DNA of 64,000 nt, from the sequence record SRR20825006_1106; one strand, 5' to 3'. Positions within the stretch are counted from its first letter, which is position 1. The number at the start of each line of letters is the position of its first letter. Position numbers and translations under genes: made by a program. The notes below the pieces were generated by a model. It was not told the DNA's origin. It was given only the letters and a program-made list of their open reading frames with translations, and searched no databases. This document shows positions 8,817 through 18,577 of the stretch, one piece after another.

Positions 8817-10991
8817 TTAAAGTTTCTCTAGGATAAAATTTGTCATTAACTGATAAAGATGTTCTCTAGAATTTCCACCAGATATGCCATGATTTCTATT
8901 TGGGTAATACATGGTTTGAAACTGGATGTTACTTGCCAATAAAGCGTTCACCATTTCAACTGAATTTTGGAAGTGTACGTTGTCATCTCCCGTACCATGA
9001 ATAAGCAAATAGTTACCTTTTACTTGATCCGTTTTAAAAAGCGGCGATCCATTTTTATATCCATCAGGATTACTTTCTGGAGTTTGCATAAAACGTTCGG
9101 TATAAATGGTGTCATAGAATCCCCAATAAGTAACGGGTGCAACAGCTATTGCGGTACTGAACACAGAATTTCCTTCTGTAATACCTAGCGATGACATATA
9201 TCCGCCGTAGCTCCATCCCCAAATCCCGATTCTTTCTGCATCAATAAAAGGCTTGCTAGCCAATTGTTTAGCTACTTCTATCTGATCTTCTATTTCGTAC
9301 TTACCAAGCTGTAAATAGGTTTGTTGTTCAAAATCTCTACCTCTAGCTCCTGTTCCTCTGTTATCAACAGAAACCACCAAATAACCTTGATTTGCTAAAT
9401 ACTGGTGCCACATTGCTCTTTGTCCGTTTTCGTAGCTATCCATAACGGTTTGGCTACCTGGACCACCGTACACATACATTAACACAGGATACTTTTTCGT
9501 AGAATCGAAGTCTACTGGATTGATAATGAATGCATTTAACGTTTTGCCATTTACATCAAATTGAGCAAATGTCTTTTTCCCAAACTTAAAGTTGGATGTT
9601 TTGGCTTTTAATGTTGCATTGTCTTCTAAAGTTCGAACACCTTTCCCATTCTCTTTGTATAAAGTAATTACAGGCGGCGTTGAGTGATTGGAATAAGTAT
9701 CGATATAGTATTTAAAATCACTACTCAAATTAATGCTGTGCCAGCCTTTGGCTTCGGTAATGGTTCGTTTACGCTTTCCATCAACTCTGATGCGATAAAA
9801 CTGGCGTTGTAATGGTGAAACTTCTGTGCTTTCATAATACAGGTTATGCCTCCCTTCATTAAAACCTACAATCTTGGTTACTTCCCATTTCCCTTTAGTA
9901 ATCTGATTCAGCTCTTTACCCGTCATATCATACAGATATACATGGTTATAACCGTCTTTCTCGCTAGTGTAAATGAACTGCTTTCCATTTTTAAGAAAAA
10001 TTAGGTTGTCGTGAACATCCAACCAGCCTTTGCTACTTTCGCTTAATATCACTTTCGTCTTTCCTGTGGCAACTTCAGCAAATAACAGTTCTTGTTTGTT
10101 CTGCAAACGGTTCATTCTGCGAATTGCCAGAGTAGAGCTTCTTGTAGTCCAATTGACTCTTGGGATATATTGATCAGTTTCATCACCAATATTAATGTTG
10201 GTAATTTTTCCACTGACAAGGTTATATACATGAATGGAAACAACAGAATTTTCTTCACCAGCTTTAGGATATTTAAAACTTACGTCTGAAGGATATAAAT
10301 CTCCCCATTGCTCCATTGTGAATTCTTTAACAGCAGATTCATCGAATCGATAGAATGCAATACTCTTACTATTTGGTGACCAAAACCAAGCTTTGGCAAA
10401 TCCAAACTCTTCTTCATATACCCAATCGGTAGCACCGTTTATAATGTTATTGTACTCTCCGTCGGAAGTAATTTGAGTCTCTTTTCTAGAAGCTAAATCT
10501 ATCCAAAATAAATTATTCTCTCGTACAAATGCTGCTTTATTACCATCAGGCGAAAGTGTGGCAAACTGCTGTTTAACATCACTAGACGTTAATTTTGATA
10601 GCTTCTTGTTTACTAAATCATATACATAATAATGTTCTCTAGTACTTCGTCTCCAAATTTGTTCTACGTCTGTTTTTAGTAGGATTTTATTTTCATCACT
10701 AGAAAATTCATATCCTTGTATCTGAAATCCTTTCGGATAATCGGAATTCTTAAAATTAGCTCCATCAAACAAAATCAGCGCTTCATCTTTTAAGATATTG
10801 TATCTAACAACTTGCTGGTTTCTAGTAGCTGTGTAATAGTTACCATTCTTCATCCACCTTACATTTTCGACACTTTTGGGAGAGAAAGATGAATCAAAGA
10901 TATGTTCGAATTGTAGTGGATTCTGGGCTTGTGCAAAAGCAGATGCACATAAAATTAGACCCAATATGAAGCTAATCTGTACTCTTTTCAT
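8817..10991 (-). CDS. Dipeptidyl peptidase IV (S9B), secreted
   Basis: Signal peptide; DWVYEEE; nucleophile GWSYGG; DDNVH and NHGI triad segments. Confidence 0.93.
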   Translation of the reverse strand: MKRVQISFILGLILCASAFAQAQNPLQFEHIFDSSFSPKSVENVRWMKNGNYYTATRNQQVVRYNILKDEALILFDGANFKNSDYPKGFQIQGYEFSSDENKILLKTDVEQIWRRSTREHYYVYDLVNKKLSKLTSSDVKQQFATLSPDGNKAAFVRENNLFWIDLASRKETQITSDGEYNNIINGATDWVYEEEFGFAKAWFWSPNSKSIAFYRFDESAVKEFTMEQWGDLYPSDVSFKYPKAGEENSVVSIHVYNLVSGKITNINIGDETDQYIPRVNWTTRSSTLAIRRMNRLQNKQELLFAEVATGKTKVILSESSKGWLDVHDNLIFLKNGKQFIYTSEKDGYNHVYLYDMTGKELNQITKGKWEVTKIVGFNEGRHNLYYESTEVSPLQRQFYRIRVDGKRKRTITEAKGWHSINLSSDFKYYIDTYSNHSTPPVITLYKENGKGVRTLEDNATLKAKTSNFKFGKKTFAQFDVNGKTLNAFIINPVDFDSTKKYPVLMYVYGGPGSQTVMDSYENGQRAMWHQYLANQGYLVVSVDNRGTGARGRDFEQQTYLQLGKYEIEDQIEVAKQLASKPFIDAERIGIWGWSYGGYMSSLGITEGNSVFSTAIAVAPVTYWGFYDTIYTERFMQTPESNPDGYKNGSPLFKTDQVKGNYLLIHGTGDDNVHFQNSVEMVNALLASNIQFQTMYYPNRNHGISGGNSREHLYQLMTNFILEKL

Positions 10992-11018
10992 CTAGATAGT
11001 ATTTAGTTTACAGAAATG

Positions 11019-11054
11019 AAAAAGGGAAGCTTAATTAAAGACTTCCCTTTTTTT
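11019..11054 (-). terminator. Intrinsic terminator after accD
   Basis: aaaaagggaag...cttccctttttt inverted repeat with T tracts on both strands. Confidence 0.7.
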
Positions 11055-11071
11055 AAAAATGTTGCTAATCT

Positions 11072-11914
11072 TTATTTATTGAGAACGATTTTGAGCAACT
11101 TGGTTAGCTTTGACTTCATTTTTGTTCTTGGTACGATGAAATCAAGGAAACCGTGTTCTAGTAAATATTCTGACGTTTGGAAACCTTCGGGTAAATCACG
11201 ACCAATTGTTTGGCGAACTACACGTGGACCTGCAAAAGCAATTAATGCCTCTGGTTCAGCTACATTAAAATCTCCAAGCATTGCAAAACTTGCTGTTACG
11301 CCACCAGTTGTGGGGTTGGTCATATAAGAGATGTAAGGAATACCTGCTTCCTCAAGTAATGCAAGTTTAGCGGATGTCTTTGCCATTTGCATCAAACTGA
11401 GTACACTTTCCATCATACGTGCGCCACCCGTTTGAGAAATGATAATGAGAGGAATTTTTCGCTCACGCGCAGTGTCAATGGCAATCCCAAGACGCTCACC
11501 AACTACGGAGCCCATACTTCCTCCAATAAAACTGAAATCCATACACCCAACTACGATATCGAGGCCATTCATTTTACCTACGCCTACTCTTGCTGCGTCT
11601 GAAAGTCCTGATTTTTTTCTCGACTCTATAAGTCGGTCGGTATACTTTTTCCTGTCGCTAAATTCTAAAGGATCAGTTGCAATTATATTAGCACCGAGTT
11701 CTTCAAATTTCTCTTCATCAAAAATTATTGAGAAATATTCTTTACTTCCTATTTGGAAGTGATGTCCACTTAATGGATCAACCCATAAATTTTCTTCTAA
11801 TTCGCGCCGGTGGATAGTTTCGCCAGTTGTGGGAACTTTAACCCAAACACCTTCTGGCATTTCTTTCCGTTTATCGGTCTGTATATTTTCGTCTTTTCGT
11901 TTAAACCAGGACAT
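11072..11914 (-). CDS. accD: Acetyl-CoA carboxylase carboxyltransferase beta subunit
   Basis: FIGGSMGSVVGE, GGARMME, PTTGGVTASFA, FAGPRV; zinc-finger Cys absent. ATG (MSWFKRK) taken as start. Confidence 0.95.
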   Translation of the reverse strand: MSWFKRKDENIQTDKRKEMPEGVWVKVPTTGETIHRRELEENLWVDPLSGHHFQIGSKEYFSIIFDEEKFEELGANIIATDPLEFSDRKKYTDRLIESRKKSGLSDAARVGVGKMNGLDIVVGCMDFSFIGGSMGSVVGERLGIAIDTARERKIPLIIISQTGGARMMESVLSLMQMAKTSAKLALLEEAGIPYISYMTNPTTGGVTASFAMLGDFNVAEPEALIAFAGPRVVRQTIGRDLPEGFQTSEYLLEHGFLDFIVPRTKMKSKLTKLLKIVLNK

Positions 11915-11973
11915 AAACTCCAATTTGATATTTTAGCTAAAATAAAGATTCTTCTACTTAAATCTGAAAAAGA

Positions 11974-12642
11974 TTATGCAGTCGAATTATTCACCTGATT
12001 ACTTGTTAAGTAATTAGGGTTTAGTTCTTCTAAACTTGTTTTATTAAAAAAAGATGCAGTTGGTACAGTATTAAATAAACTGATAAGATGTATCGCTGAA
12101 ATAGACTCTGAGTCAAAAACTTTTATACTTTTTTCCAGAGGTAGCGAGAACCTATCTGTTCCTGTGCCTACAACTATGTCGCCATTTTGAATTTCTTTTT
12201 CAAAATCGGTAATCTCTTTAATGATAGCATCCGTTTTTGCCATTAACCCATCTATTTTATTAAATGCTTGATGATAGAGATGTGAACGACGAGCGTCAAT
12301 AATGGCATGAATTTTTCCATCAGCAACTTCATCAATTTGAGACTGAGCAAAACCAGCCAGCGTATCTACCGCAAATAAATCTACCCCTAAACCAAATAAC
12401 ATTCCTTTTACTGCGCTTACACCAATCCGTAAACCAGTGTATGATCCAGGGCCGATACTAACCAACACAGCATTCAAATCCGACATTTTAAAATGGTGTT
12501 CTTGCATCAGTGATTGGGTATAAAGGAATACATTATCAGAATGCACGCCTTTACCTTGTATGCGCTTTTCGAATACTTCCCCATCGCCGTTTTGAAAAGC
12601 GACTGAGCAGACATCCGTTGCTGTTTCGAATGCTAAAATCAT
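11974..12642 (-). CDS. tsaB: tRNA threonylcarbamoyladenosine biosynthesis protein TsaB
   Basis: ILAFETAT, GPGSYTGLRIG and IDARR motifs. Confidence 0.92.
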   Translation of the reverse strand: MILAFETATDVCSVAFQNGDGEVFEKRIQGKGVHSDNVFLYTQSLMQEHHFKMSDLNAVLVSIGPGSYTGLRIGVSAVKGMLFGLGVDLFAVDTLAGFAQSQIDEVADGKIHAIIDARRSHLYHQAFNKIDGLMAKTDAIIKEITDFEKEIQNGDIVVGTGTDRFSLPLEKSIKVFDSESISAIHLISLFNTVPTASFFNKTSLEELNPNYLTSNQVNNSTA

Positions 12643-14159
12643 TCTTTAATAGTAATAAAATCTGGTGATTCAACTATAAACTGCCAGTTTCCACGATATT
12701 GAGAGAATCGTCCGTAAAACTCGATTTCCTTATCTGTTCCAGCAACGTTCTTCAGCACAGAGTCGAGTTTAAATGCAGGAGCATACACATCGTAAGTAGT
12801 TCCGTTTATTACAAAATCGTATTTCTCGGTTACTGTTGCTGTTAACTTAAAGTATTCATCAAAGAATGCGATATTTACCGTTGGGTCTCCACTCGTGAAT
12901 TCGGTTTCGGTTAAGAACTCAGTTGGAATAGAATATTGAACAGGAATAGCTTTCCAATTAGCATCGTCATTTTTGCTAGGATTAGCTAACGCCTTTTTCT
13001 CATTAGTGAGTTTGAATTTCATAGAAACAGGTAGGTGATCTGAAAATCCACTTCCTGAAAATGTAGAACTCCAGCGTTTTGGTTCACCAGATGAGCTATA
13101 GGTGTTTAAGGCAAATTCACCTCGTTCGAAAGAATTATCTACATAAGTAACACCTGATCCATCATACATTCCTGATGAAATCATAATCTGCATCAGTGTC
13201 CCCCAATAGCCTCTGTAAGTATCAGAACCACGCTTAGTTATTGGATAATCGTACCATAAATTATACACTGCGTTTGTTTCGCTATTCGCGACACTTACTT
13301 CATCACCAACAGACTTTAACACATCGTTAACAGCTGTTTTCGGGAAATTATATCTAGTAGTTTGATTGTAATCTGAATTGAAGTCTCCCGCTAGAACAAA
13401 ATCTATATTAGGATTTTCTGTTTGTAGCTCATCTAATCTTGCGCGCAACACTTCCGCATTTTGAAGGCGAATTTTTTCCATATCAGCACTACCTGCACCT
13501 GACTTCCAATGATTTGCAAAAACAACTAACTCAGCGCCATCAACATCAATCCATGTTTCAAGAATTGGGCGAGCTTGCTGTAAAGGATGGATTTTTGTTT
13601 TCTCTCTCAAAATCTGAAATCTCGAATACACCGCTGTTTTTTGAACAGTGGTTGGTAAACCTTTGGAGTCTTTTGGGCTATATCCAACTTCCAATTGATA
13701 GTTCCACATTCCGCCATCTGCCATGCCTTTTAACAACAACAACTCTGATGGTAAATCGGCAATTTCATCGCTAAAATCATCGCCTAACATTTTGTCTAAT
13801 GTGGTGGTTTTATATTGAGCAAGAAAATCTCCAACATCCATCCACTTCGACTCACCTTTAACTGGTGTATAGTCACTTTCAAGCTCAACCATTGCAATAA
13901 TATCTGGACCTTTGCCATCATTGTATTGCTTCAGTACACGAACTGCATTCTTAACTTTATTCAATACATCTTCTTTAGTGTATTGGTCATTCCCATCCTT
14001 ATCTGTGAGATTGTAATCGTCGTATATGGCAATTCCATCCGCATCAAACAAATTCTCCACGTTGTAAGTAACGAACGTATAGATTGGCGAAGTCTCTTTT
14101 TGTGCAACACAACTTAGCGATGTGAAAATGAATAGAGTGATTAGAAACAGGTTTTTCAT
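12639..14159 (-). CDS. Exported endonuclease/exonuclease/phosphatase (EEP) family protein
   Basis: TYNVENLFD, NHWKS, LAGDFN and SDHLPV EEP motifs; signal peptide; extra C-terminal domain. Confidence 0.85.
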   Translation of the reverse strand: MKNLFLITLFIFTSLSCVAQKETSPIYTFVTYNVENLFDADGIAIYDDYNLTDKDGNDQYTKEDVLNKVKNAVRVLKQYNDGKGPDIIAMVELESDYTPVKGESKWMDVGDFLAQYKTTTLDKMLGDDFSDEIADLPSELLLLKGMADGGMWNYQLEVGYSPKDSKGLPTTVQKTAVYSRFQILREKTKIHPLQQARPILETWIDVDGAELVVFANHWKSGAGSADMEKIRLQNAEVLRARLDELQTENPNIDFVLAGDFNSDYNQTTRYNFPKTAVNDVLKSVGDEVSVANSETNAVYNLWYDYPITKRGSDTYRGYWGTLMQIMISSGMYDGSGVTYVDNSFERGEFALNTYSSSGEPKRWSSTFSGSGFSDHLPVSMKFKLTNEKKALANPSKNDDANWKAIPVQYSIPTEFLTETEFTSGDPTVNIAFFDEYFKLTATVTEKYDFVINGTTYDVYAPAFKLDSVLKNVAGTDKEIEFYGRFSQYRGNWQFIVESPDFITIKE

Positions 14160-14195
14160 AAATGTAATAATTAAGTTCTAAAGGAAACGAGAATC

Positions 14196-15476
14196 TTATC
14201 TCAATTGGTTTAGTACCAACTTCCCTTTATTAAAGATACCTAAAGCACGCCCTGTTAACTTTGTATTTAAGTAAGGCGAATTTTTTGATTTCGAGCGAAC
14301 ATTTTTTGCGTCAAAAGTCCATTCTTCATCGGTATTAAAGAAGGTAAGATTAGCTTTCGCCCCTTTCTCAATCTTCAATTCTTCTAGATTTAATATTTTA
14401 CGAGGGTTGTCGCTTAGCTTTTCAACAAGCTGTTGCAAATTCAACTTCTTAGCTTTGAATAATCGCATATTTGAAATGGACCAAGCTGTTTCAAGCCCGA
14501 TAATTCCATTGGGTGCGTAAATAAACTCTACTTCTTTTTCTTCGATGGCATGAGGTGCATGATCGGTGCAAATTACATCAATAGTTCCATCAACCAAGCC
14601 TTCAATCATCGCATCCACATCTTCTTGAGAGCGTAATGGTGGATGCATTTTGAAGTTCGTATTAAACTTTTGGCGATCAATTTCTTCATCGGTTAAATCG
14701 AAATGATGCGGACAAACTTCCGTAGTAACATTAATGCCTTTTTTCTTGCCTTGGCGCACTAAATCTACTGCGTTTTTGGTGCTGATGTGAGCCACATGAA
14801 CATGACCACCAGTATATTCTGCTAACAAAATATCGCGAGCAATCATCGTTTCTTCAGCAATTGAAGGTGTTCCATCTAAACCCAAGCGAGTGGAAACTCT
14901 ACCTTCATGCATGTGTCCTGGGCGAGAAAGTGCGATATCTTCTTCGTGATTGATTATGGGCATTCCTAACATGGAAGAATATTCTAAAGCAACGCGCATT
15001 ACTTGGGAGTCGTAAACGGGATCACCATCGTCACTAAAAGCAACAGCGCCACCATCTTTCATATCACCCATTTCGGCAATGGATTTCCCAGCTCTTTCTT
15101 TGGTAACACAGCCAATTGGGTGAACATCAACGGCAGTAGCTTCTGCTTTCTTGATGATGTATTCCACCACGTCGCGCGTGTGCGTAGCTGGTTTGGTATT
15201 TGGCATACAAGCCACTGCAGTAAAACCACCAAAAGCCGCCGCATCGCAACCTGTTTTAATCGTTTCTTTGTGCTCAAAACCTGGCTCACGTAAATGGATG
15301 TGCATATCCATCCATCCTGTACTTACAAAAGCACCTTCAAAGTCGTGAATTTCTTCGCCTGCACTTGCAGTCAAGTCGCTCCCGATTTCGTCAATAACTC
15401 CATCTTTTATGCGGATGTTTACGGTTTCGTTACCATTTTGAGTTTTGCTAATTGGGCGAAGATTTTTAAGGAGCAT
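14196..15476 (-). CDS. pyrC: Dihydroorotase (long, class I)
   Basis: DMHIHLREPG, MPNT, FSDDG, PPLR and TDHAPH motifs. Confidence 0.93.
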   Translation of the reverse strand: MLLKNLRPISKTQNGNETVNIRIKDGVIDEIGSDLTASAGEEIHDFEGAFVSTGWMDMHIHLREPGFEHKETIKTGCDAAAFGGFTAVACMPNTKPATHTRDVVEYIIKKAEATAVDVHPIGCVTKERAGKSIAEMGDMKDGGAVAFSDDGDPVYDSQVMRVALEYSSMLGMPIINHEEDIALSRPGHMHEGRVSTRLGLDGTPSIAEETMIARDILLAEYTGGHVHVAHISTKNAVDLVRQGKKKGINVTTEVCPHHFDLTDEEIDRQKFNTNFKMHPPLRSQEDVDAMIEGLVDGTIDVICTDHAPHAIEEKEVEFIYAPNGIIGLETAWSISNMRLFKAKKLNLQQLVEKLSDNPRKILNLEELKIEKGAKANLTFFNTDEEWTFDAKNVRSKSKNSPYLNTKLTGRALGIFNKGKLVLNQLR

Positions 15477-15754
15477 CGGTGCTTTAAAATTGAATTACGA
15501 TTCGATATCGAATATAGGGTTTTTGTCGGTTTGAAAATGGTGGAATATGACGAAAAACGAGGTGGGGGTATTTTAAGAAATTCGAGTTCGATTCTAAAAA
15601 CGAGTTTATAATCTTTATAATGTCATTTTATCCAATCATTCAGATTGAATTATTAAATGCGTTACTTCTCAATGATTATCTTAAGTCTCGAGCATTAGAG
15701 TGATGACAAAACACTATTGAAGTTTGAGGTTATGGTTTTCAAGCTAGAAAATGA

Positions 15755-15931
15755 GATAATTATGTATATTCATTTCAGAGAATTGAGTGGGGTGAACAGC
15801 TGCTGTGGCTTAAAACTGGTAGCGATCCATATTTCGATGTTAAAGGCCTAATACTTGAAAGTGAAATGACAAAATTTAAATTAAAAGAGGCTAAAAATAT
15901 AGCTGTTCAGGCAGCAGAGGGTAATCAATGA
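15755..15931 (+). pseudogene. Probable gene remnant (DNYVYSFQRIEWGEQLLW...QAAEGNQ*)
   Basis: Protein-like open frame whose TGA overlaps the ATG of the next ORF (ATGA); upstream part interrupted by in-frame TGA codons. Confidence 0.35.
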
Positions 15932-16125
15932 TTGTAGAAGATTTAATAATAGGAATAATGTTAATAATTCTAAGCTCGAGTGTTTCCGGTATTACTTACT
16001 ACACCCTAACTATCAAAAGAAAGAAATTCAGGGGTCTGGGTTTTTTTAGGTTATATTTGGCTTGTGGACTATGCTTTTTTAGTGGTATTGTATTTATATG
16101 TCGAGCATTTACTGGGTCTTATTAA
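15928..16125 (+). CDS. Small hypothetical 2-TM membrane protein
   Basis: Two hydrophobic segments separated by a basic loop (KRKKFR); GAGG upstream. Confidence 0.5.
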   Translation: MIVEDLIIGIMLIILSSSVSGITYYTLTIKRKKFRGLGFFRLYLACGLCFFSGIVFICRAFTGSY

Positions 16126-16152
16126 TTTTTTGGAATTTAAACTAATGATGAA

Positions 16153-16728
16153 ATGAAATACTGGTTAATTATTTTTATTGTAAATGTTTCGGTAGATATT
16201 TATGCTCAAGAAATTATTACAAATGAAAAAAATGTTTATGTTGAAGATGTACTAAGTTTTGAGAAAATACTTAATAGTAAAATGTACAATGACGATCCAA
16301 ACATAAATATTTCAATCTCTCCTTCATTATGCCCTCCTGCTGCAAAGTATTTACTTGAACAGCCCATACGTTTCTATAGAGTGGTTGAAGAAGACGTAAA
16401 TATAGAGTCTGAATATCACTTCACAGCGAATGATTACAAAGTTAGGTGTGCTACTTATACGATGTTATTAAAATCTATTGATAGGGCTTATGACGATAAA
16501 GGAAATATAAGTCCAGAATTCGACGCTGCATTTGAAAAAATTGTCTCTATCCTATCAAAGGACTTTGGCGAGCCATCCCAATTTGATAAAGGTCAGAAAG
16601 AATATTTATTTTACGGTGCAACATTCTTAAAAAGAGAAGCAGAATGGGTGAAAGACAGTATGTTTTTAAAACTCAGATTAGATCCAAGTTCTAAAAGATT
16701 GAGAATTTCACAATATTGGTCGGATTGA
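16153..16728 (+). CDS. Hypothetical exported protein
   Basis: Signal-peptide-like N-terminus (MKYWLII...YAQ); 191-aa ORF. Confidence 0.6.
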   Translation: MKYWLIIFIVNVSVDIYAQEIITNEKNVYVEDVLSFEKILNSKMYNDDPNINISISPSLCPPAAKYLLEQPIRFYRVVEEDVNIESEYHFTANDYKVRCATYTMLLKSIDRAYDDKGNISPEFDAAFEKIVSILSKDFGEPSQFDKGQKEYLFYGATFLKREAEWVKDSMFLKLRLDPSSKRLRISQYWSD

Positions 16729-16944
16729 TACTAAGCTAAATATAAATATTGATAAATAGCCCAATCTAAAGCTAGCGTTTAGTTTGGATAGTGTGAGTAC
16801 AAAATAATAGAGTTCCTTGATCTCCGAAATCTTAAGCGTTAGTGGTGTACTTTCAAGGTACATACTTGAAAAATATGGGGAGATTATTTCAACCTATGCA
16901 CATTTGAATTTAACATTTCAAGATTCTGAATAATTTTCATACAT

Positions 16945-16962
16945 TGTACAGCATAGCGTACA
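16945..16962. promoter_or_regulatory. YefM-YoeB autoregulatory operator
   Basis: TGTACA (16945-16950) and CGTACA (16957-16962), 12 bp apart, just upstream of yefM; resembles the TGTACA-core operator of E. coli yefM-yoeB. Confidence 0.65.
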
Positions 16963-16975
16963 ACACTGGTTAATT

Positions 16976-17227
16976 ATGAAAGCAATTACATATTCAGCAG
17001 CAAGAGAACAGTTCGCAAAGACGATGGACGACGTGGTGAACGACTGCGAGCCTGTAATAATTACAAGAAACAGAAATCAATCGGTAGTTATGATTTCCTT
17101 AGAAGATTATGAGGCTCTTGAAGAAACCGCGTATTTACTTCGCTCTCCTAAAAATGCACAGCGTTTAATAGAGTCGATAAACGAGCTAAATAATGGCTTA
17201 GGGATCGAAAAGAAACTTGTTGAATGA
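16976..17227 (+). CDS. yefM: YefM/Phd antitoxin
   Basis: YSAARE...PVIITR...SLEDYEALEETAYLLRSPKNAQRL, the typical YefM pattern. Confidence 0.93.
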   Translation: MKAITYSAAREQFAKTMDDVVNDCEPVIITRNRNQSVVMISLEDYEALEETAYLLRSPKNAQRLIESINELNNGLGIEKKLVE

Positions 17228-17478
17228 AAATCGTTTTCTCAAAGCATAGTTGGGACGATTATCAATATTGGATTTCTACAGATAAAAAAATCCTTAAACG
17301 AATCAATTTGCTCATTAAAGAGATTGAGCGAGAACCGTTTAGTGGAATTGGAAAGCCAGAAGCATTAAAACATGGTCTTTCTGGACTTTGGAGCCGAAGA
17401 ATTAATGATGAACATCGATTAGTTTACAGAGTGGATGATAAGCATATCTTCATTCTGCAATTGAGATATCATTATTAA
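17224..17478 (+). CDS. yoeB: YoeB/Txe mRNA interferase toxin
   Basis: WDDYQYW, GIGKPEALKH, WSRRINDEHRLVY and terminal RYHY; ATGA overlap with the antitoxin. Confidence 0.95.
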   Translation: MKIVFSKHSWDDYQYWISTDKKILKRINLLIKEIEREPFSGIGKPEALKHGLSGLWSRRINDEHRLVYRVDDKHIFILQLRYHY

Positions 17479-17494
17479 ATCTCAATCCCCCTTT

Positions 17495-18478
17495 CTACAA
17501 CCGATGTTTCTCTTTTGAAACAACATTTTCTACCGTCCATTCTATCTGTTTCTGAAAAGGTGATTTTCGAACTTCGCAATCTTTTATGGTACAAAGCGGA
17601 CATGAAAAATCGTGACAGTAATCGGTATGAATATTCAATTCAATTCGGCTTCCAAACTGATCTAGAATAAGAGCCTCTAGTTTGTCGGTTTCATCATGAC
17701 CTTGTTTTACAGTGAAATACCAAGGCAGAGTCAGGTGACAATCTATATGTAATACACTTCCATATTTTACAATGCGCAAATTGTGTAAATCTATCCAGTT
17801 TTTATCTCGGTTTTTCTGCAAGCAAGCTACCATCTCGCTTAATAATTTCTCGTCAGACTCATCCATAATTCCTGCGATGGCGCTTCGCAGAATTTTATAT
17901 CCCGTGTGAATGATAAGTAGCGCAAAAATTATGGCTACAAATCCATCTAACCACATATAACCTGTGAATTGAAGAAGTAGCAATCCAATAATAATTCCTA
18001 AGGTTGTGTAAGTATCCGATTGAAGATGCTTACCACTTGCTTGCAACGCCAAAGAGTTATTCTTTCTTCCTGTCCGAACGGCCCACAGACCAAAAGCATA
18101 ATTTATTACCGCAGAAATACTGATAATGATAATTCCAGTATCCAATTTGGTAAGTGTTGGAGGAGCGAAAAAACTACGAGCAGCTTCATAAATAATAAAA
18201 ATACCCGCTGCAAAAATCAGACTTCCTTCTATTCCCGCAGAGATAAATTCAATTTTACCGTGTCCATAAGGATGGCTTCGATCTCGAGGAATGGCAGCCA
18301 AGCGCAAGCTATATAATCCAACAAAACCACTCACTACGTTTACAATACTTTCTAATCCATCTGTAAGAATAGCAACTGATTGTGTAAGATACCAGGCTAC
18401 CATCTTTAAAATAAAAAGCAGTATTGCTACCCTAACGATATACCTTTGTACCCGGATATTTTCGAAATGTGATTTCAT
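17495..18478 (-). CDS. Cation diffusion facilitator (CDF) transporter
   Basis: DGLES, HPYGHGKIE and HLQSD motifs; six TM segments; Cys/His-rich C-terminal tail. Confidence 0.9.
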   Translation of the reverse strand: MKSHFENIRVQRYIVRVAILLFILKMVAWYLTQSVAILTDGLESIVNVVSGFVGLYSLRLAAIPRDRSHPYGHGKIEFISAGIEGSLIFAAGIFIIYEAARSFFAPPTLTKLDTGIIIISISAVINYAFGLWAVRTGRKNNSLALQASGKHLQSDTYTTLGIIIGLLLLQFTGYMWLDGFVAIIFALLIIHTGYKILRSAIAGIMDESDEKLLSEMVACLQKNRDKNWIDLHNLRIVKYGSVLHIDCHLTLPWYFTVKQGHDETDKLEALILDQFGSRIELNIHTDYCHDFSCPLCTIKDCEVRKSPFQKQIEWTVENVVSKEKHRL

Positions 18479-18577
18479 TACTCTAAAGTAACGCTATTTG
18501 TTAGGACTTGAAACGGCTCAGGTGAATAGTATTAAAAATATGGGTGAACTCGAGATGAACGGCACTTTTTTGAATAG

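Noticed and set aside
16729-16940. Imperfect hairpins (ccaatctaaa...tttagtttgg; ttcaag...cttgaa) as possible integron attC sites before the TA pair
   Set aside because: No convincing paired RYYYAAC/GTTRRRY boxes, no repeated copies and no integrase in the window.
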